DNA of 64,000 nucleotides, from NCBI GenBank assembly GCA_050287845.1, contig JBNKCR010000013.1, positions 32,001 through 96,000 of the forward strand, in the 5' to 3' direction. Positions 60,450-64,000 of the stretch are shown one piece after another. The stretch comes from Polyangia bacterium (GTDB lineage Bacteria; Myxococcota_A; Polyangia; JAAYKL01). Under the pieces are notes generated by a model. That model was given only the letters and a program-made list of their open reading frames with translations. It had not been told where the DNA came from and did not search any database. Each line of letters begins with the position of its first letter. Positions within the stretch are counted from its first letter, which is position 1. The translations under genes were made by a program, and so were the position numbers.

Positions 60450-62009
60450 TTAATGCCGCGATGCGGCAAAGCGGATATTCAGACCGAGAGCAAACATGGG
60501 GCCAGAAATGACCACCCGTTCGGAATCGGTGTACGTTGCGTATTGGCGCCGTTTCTCACTCCAGATACCGGCAGCGCCGGCAGAGGCGGACAATCCGATG
60601 GACCCCGCATCCCCGTTGCCCCTCAGCCACGTGAACACGCCAATGGCGCCAAAACCGAACCCCATGACACCACCTCCCCCTTCCACAAACATATCGGTGT
60701 GCATCGCAAGCGGCCAGGTGATTCGTCCCGTCGTTCCCCCATAGATGAACCCCGTCGGATTGTCGTCATTTCTGCCGGCTCTGTAGTACAGCAGCGTATT
60801 GTTAACGGAAATATGAAGACCTTCCTGCGCCCCGAGACGAACCCGCTGGGTCAGCGAAAAAGCATGCCTGGTGGATTGTTCCCACTCAGGTTCACCTTCG
60901 GAACTGTCTCCAGCCTCTGTATATCCTATGCCAAACGAATTCATCATTTCAGAAAGGTTGCCATTGACGGATGTCAACCCGGCTCCAAGCCCCACTGCAA
61001 ATGCGCGCCCGTTATACCCACCGCTGAGCAGCATGCTGTTGGAAACAACTTTACTGCCCTCGGTCCACCCGAACCCCAGGGGCTGGATACGAAAATCCAC
61101 GAAGAAATGGGGGGCCCAATACGCGGCGCTCAAATCGCAAAGCACACCAAAACCGCTTGCGCCGATATTGATAATCGGCCGTACTGTGGTGCTGACCTCG
61201 GCAAGTCCGTCAAACTTTCGCGGATACAGCAGACTTGCCTCATCGCGCCCCTGCACCTTTCGCACCTCGTCAGCTCTGAACACCCGATCGCCGCGCCAGA
61301 TTCTGGCCAGACAACTGTTTTCATTCACCGCTTCCACCACCAGAACCGCCACCACCTGCTCCCCCACAAATCCGTCAACACCGGCGCCCGCCACATCCCC
61401 TGTGCGATACACATTGAAGCGATCGCCGGCCTTTACCCCATCTCTGGCGCCTTTGTCCAGGGTCACCTTGCCGGGATATGTTGCAATAATGCCATATTTT
61501 ACCAGCGATGTGTGTCCCGACACCCCTGTGGGAGTTACCCCGGGGCCATTTTCCGGCCGGGGCAGAGAGCTCTGAACAACAGGGGTGATTGCCACCGGAC
61601 CCGCGCCGGCATCGCTGCGGTAGAGGCGCACAGCGGTTGTGGAGTCTATTTTCATCCACAGCTCCCCCTCGATGTCCATCAGCGACGTCACCCTTCCATG
61701 GGATACGGGAATGACTCGCTGAATCTGTCCAGCCGCGTCCCCCGTCATTGGAATCACCGCCACACCATCGGCGCCCAGTGCCGCATAAAGAACGGCATTG
61801 CGCTCATACACGGACATCACCGTGTTTTCCACAATGGCTTTTTCCCCCATTGTATCCTCAATGAACAATGTACCGTTTTCCACCCGGTATCGCATTGTCG
61901 AATGGGCATTGTCCGCAGTGAGGACATCCGCTGATTTCTGTTCCTGAGCGACAGATGGCAGGCTCCACCCTGAAATGAAGACAATAAACAGGCAGATACG
62001 GTTCAGCAT
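60450..62009 (-). CDS. Hypothetical secreted, probable outer-membrane protein
   Basis: Signal peptide, LDKGARDGVKAGDRF motif, Gly/aromatic beta-strand C-terminal half. Confidence 0.65.
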   Translation of the reverse strand: MLNRICLFIVFISGWSLPSVAQEQKSADVLTADNAHSTMRYRVENGTLFIEDTMGEKAIVENTVMSVYERNAVLYAALGADGVAVIPMTGDAAGQIQRVIPVSHGRVTSLMDIEGELWMKIDSTTAVRLYRSDAGAGPVAITPVVQSSLPRPENGPGVTPTGVSGHTSLVKYGIIATYPGKVTLDKGARDGVKAGDRFNVYRTGDVAGAGVDGFVGEQVVAVLVVEAVNENSCLARIWRGDRVFRADEVRKVQGRDEASLLYPRKFDGLAEVSTTVRPIINIGASGFGVLCDLSAAYWAPHFFVDFRIQPLGFGWTEGSKVVSNSMLLSGGYNGRAFAVGLGAGLTSVNGNLSEMMNSFGIGYTEAGDSSEGEPEWEQSTRHAFSLTQRVRLGAQEGLHISVNNTLLYYRAGRNDDNPTGFIYGGTTGRITWPLAMHTDMFVEGGGGVMGFGFGAIGVFTWLRGNGDAGSIGLSASAGAAGIWSEKRRQYATYTDSERVVISGPMFALGLNIRFAASRH

Positions 62010-62282
62010 TGATTTTCTCCATGTGCGTTTCAGATGTAAGATAAATAGTTAACACACGTCGATAACAATATGGGAACAGAATTCGGTCAGACTCATACAC
62101 TTCTGCGTTTCTTCGCCCAATCGACTGAACGACCATTCGGTCCAGTGATGAAATCCGCTCAATCGTCTACGCCGATTACTTCAGTATTTTTGAAGATTTT
62201 CCATCTGTGGCTGTATTTTCATGGCCCCAAAAAATAACAGGTCGACACTCCGTTGCAGTGATAGAAAAGGTCGATTATACTT

Positions 62283-62915
62283 ATGGAAATGTCGATAAAA
62301 AAAGAAGCGGCTAAACTTCGCCCCTTGTCCTATTCGCAGGATGATGCATCTCTGGTGGAAGGATTACGCGCAGGCCATGTGGGAGCAGGAACCGTATTCT
62401 ACAATAGATACGTCACTCATGTTCAACGCATTGTTACCCGGGTCATGGGCGTTGATGCGGAGTTGATGGATATTACCAATGAGGTGTTTTATCAGTCACT
62501 CCGATCGATTCATACATTGAATGATCCGGAAAGACTGAAAGCATGGGTCACCCGAATCGCGGTGTTCACGAGTCGAAAATGGATTCGAAAGCGGAAAAGA
62601 AATAGCTGGTTGAAATTTTTACCAGCCGAGGAAGTACCGGAGTTCTCCTTAAAAGATAAGGAACCCAGAGAAAAAAATACGGCGAAAGCCGTGCGGGAGA
62701 TTATCAGTAGAATGCCGGAGGCTGAACAGATTGTTTTTTCGTTGCGCTACATGGAGCAATTGCAGATTGCGGAAATCGCTGATGCCTGTGGCTACTCCCT
62801 TCGGACGGCTAAACGAAGACTGGTGTCGTGTGAAAAAAGATTTAAACGAATGGCAGAATCTGATCCCGATATCGCGTGCTGGCTGGAAGCAAGCGAAAAA
62901 TGGAGAAACAGATGA
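62283..62915 (+). CDS. ECF sigma factor
   Basis: Region 2 (DITNEVF...LKAWVTRIA) and region 4 (VFSLRY.E....EIA..CGYS.RTAKRRL). Confidence 0.92.
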   Translation: MEMSIKKEAAKLRPLSYSQDDASLVEGLRAGHVGAGTVFYNRYVTHVQRIVTRVMGVDAELMDITNEVFYQSLRSIHTLNDPERLKAWVTRIAVFTSRKWIRKRKRNSWLKFLPAEEVPEFSLKDKEPREKNTAKAVREIISRMPEAEQIVFSLRYMEQLQIAEIADACGYSLRTAKRRLVSCEKRFKRMAESDPDIACWLEASEKWRNR

Positions 62916-64000
62916 AAGATTATGAAGCTTTATTATTAGAAGTGGCAAGGGACGAGGAAGCGCGTCTGTCCCAATTTGATACGGAAGCGGCTCGGGCCGC
63001 CTTCATCATGGAAATTTCGCAATACCCATCCGGTTTTTTCGGAAAACGTCGCCGAATTCGCATAGCGGTACTCTCCGCCATGGCGGCCGCTGTTATATTG
63101 CTGGGCGTCAGTTATTTTATTTTCAGCAATTTCAGTTTCGATACCGGAACGATAAGCAGTGACGCCCATCGATGGGTCAAAGTCGGACCGGACGACAGTG
63201 AACAAATCAGTCTTGAAGATGGTACACAGGTTGTCTTTTTGCCGAATTCCACGGGACGCATTTCTCAGAATGTCACTCATCGTGGCGAGGTAAGTCTGGA
63301 AAACGGCCGGGTAACTCTGGCGGTCCCTCATCTACGGGATACAAACTGGAAAGTATTTGCCGGTCCTTATAAAGTTGCGGTTACCGGAACAAAATTTGAA
63401 GTGCGCTGGGATCCGCAGTCCAGTGATTTAACGGTGAATGTTTTTGAAGGGTCGGTTGTTGTAACCGGGCCGTTACTGGAAACTGGACATGCTGTGACCA
63501 GCAACCGTTCGTTGTCCGCAAACCTTCAGCAATCCAGCGTACGGATGACGCCGGTGGATCCTTCTCTGGAGAATCAGCAGCATACGGATACGGGAACCGG
63601 CAGTAAACAACGGTCCACTGTTCGCTCCGGCAGGAAATCTGGAACACGCGGGGTGTATTCGCGCTTGTCCAACGCCGCCCAGAAGAATCGGAAAATGGAA
63701 TCGATTGACCCCCTTGAATGGGTGACATATGCTAAGAATGGTCAATACGATAAAGTATCTGAAATCATTCAGTCAACGGGACTGAATCGAATGCTGAAGG
63801 ACGCACCGCCATCCGCCTGGCTCATCCTCGGAAACGCTGCCCGTCAATCCCGGGACTTCAATACGGCGCGAACGGTGTACAGCAACCTGCGCGACCGCTA
63901 TCCGAATTCCGGGCACGCTACCACCGCTGCGCTTTATCTTGGCAGAATGGCGTTTGACCAACAGCATCAATATGCGGTAGCCGCAAAATGGTTCAAAATA
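62912..64000 (+). CDS. FecR-domain anti-sigma with C-terminal TPR (runs off the window)
   Basis: Not in ORF track; ATGA overlap with the sigma gene; TM, then LEDGTQV...LENGRV...AGPYKVAVTGTKFEVRWD...VFEGSVVV, then TPR-like AALYLGRMAFD. Confidence 0.9.
   Translation, partial: MKDYEALLLEVARDEEARLSQFDTEAARAAFIMEISQYPSGFFGKRRRIRIAVLSAMAAAVILLGVSYFIFSNFSFDTGTISSDAHRWVKVGPDDSEQISLEDGTQVVFLPNSTGRISQNVTHRGEVSLENGRVTLAVPHLRDTNWKVFAGPYKVAVTGTKFEVRWDPQSSDLTVNVFEGSVVVTGPLLETGHAVTSNRSLSANLQQSSVRMTPVDPSLENQQHTDTGTGSKQRSTVRSGRKSGTRGVYSRLSNAAQKNRKMESIDPLEWVTYAKNGQYDKVSEIIQSTGLNRMLKDAPPSAWLILGNAARQSRDFNTARTVYSNLRDRYPNSGHATTAALYLGRMAFDQQHQYAVAAKWFKI

Noticed and set aside
60453..61934. 493-aa plus-strand ORF, and similar long shadows at 33230-34375 and 48987-49937
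   Set aside because: Antisense to better-supported genes; implausible composition

Overview
Mostly core-genome segment of a moderate-GC (~50% by eye) deltaproteobacterial-type bacterium. The gene content (Hanks kinase with DUF4388-like tail, DT-repeat Cys-rich lipoprotein, TPR/beta-barrel proteins, ECF plus FecR-TPR pair) points to Myxococcota; this is inference. From left to right: a sigma54-type promoter before T2SS gspD-gspE; the conserved tRNA-Val-thrS-infC-rpmI-rplT-pheS-pheT-ihfA-merR-tRNA-Pro-surE block, followed by DUF368, nlpD-like and apt; an envelope cluster (DUF4398-like, OmpA, two TPR/beta-barrel paralogues, acyl-CoA ligase); mazG-ACP, PHP phosphatase, DT-repeat lipoprotein, cca, Ser/Thr kinase and a double thioredoxin-like lipoprotein; tRNA-Gln-prs-rplY-pth-hppA; a GT-C/GT2/GtrA trio; queA-tgt; a small accessory island (51.0-55.4 kb); glpK, comEA-like, rplM-rpsI, an ABC permease and an ECF sigma/FecR pair. 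The best candidate for an undescribed system is the island, an A-B-A'-B' cassette array. A is a Cys-repeat protein and A' is an internally deleted A-like remnant; each is closely coupled to a 23-Cys lipoprotein with an invariant Cys scaffold and variable ends, an architecture resembling polymorphic effector/partner arrays. Other signals: five translation-related promoters lacking the -7 T, an ATT start for infC, two likely leaderless lipoprotein mRNAs, a structured RNA before tRNA-Gln and two apparent pseudo-enzymes. No CRISPR array, rRNA, transposase or integrase was seen. All family calls come from motif recognition only; no searches were run.
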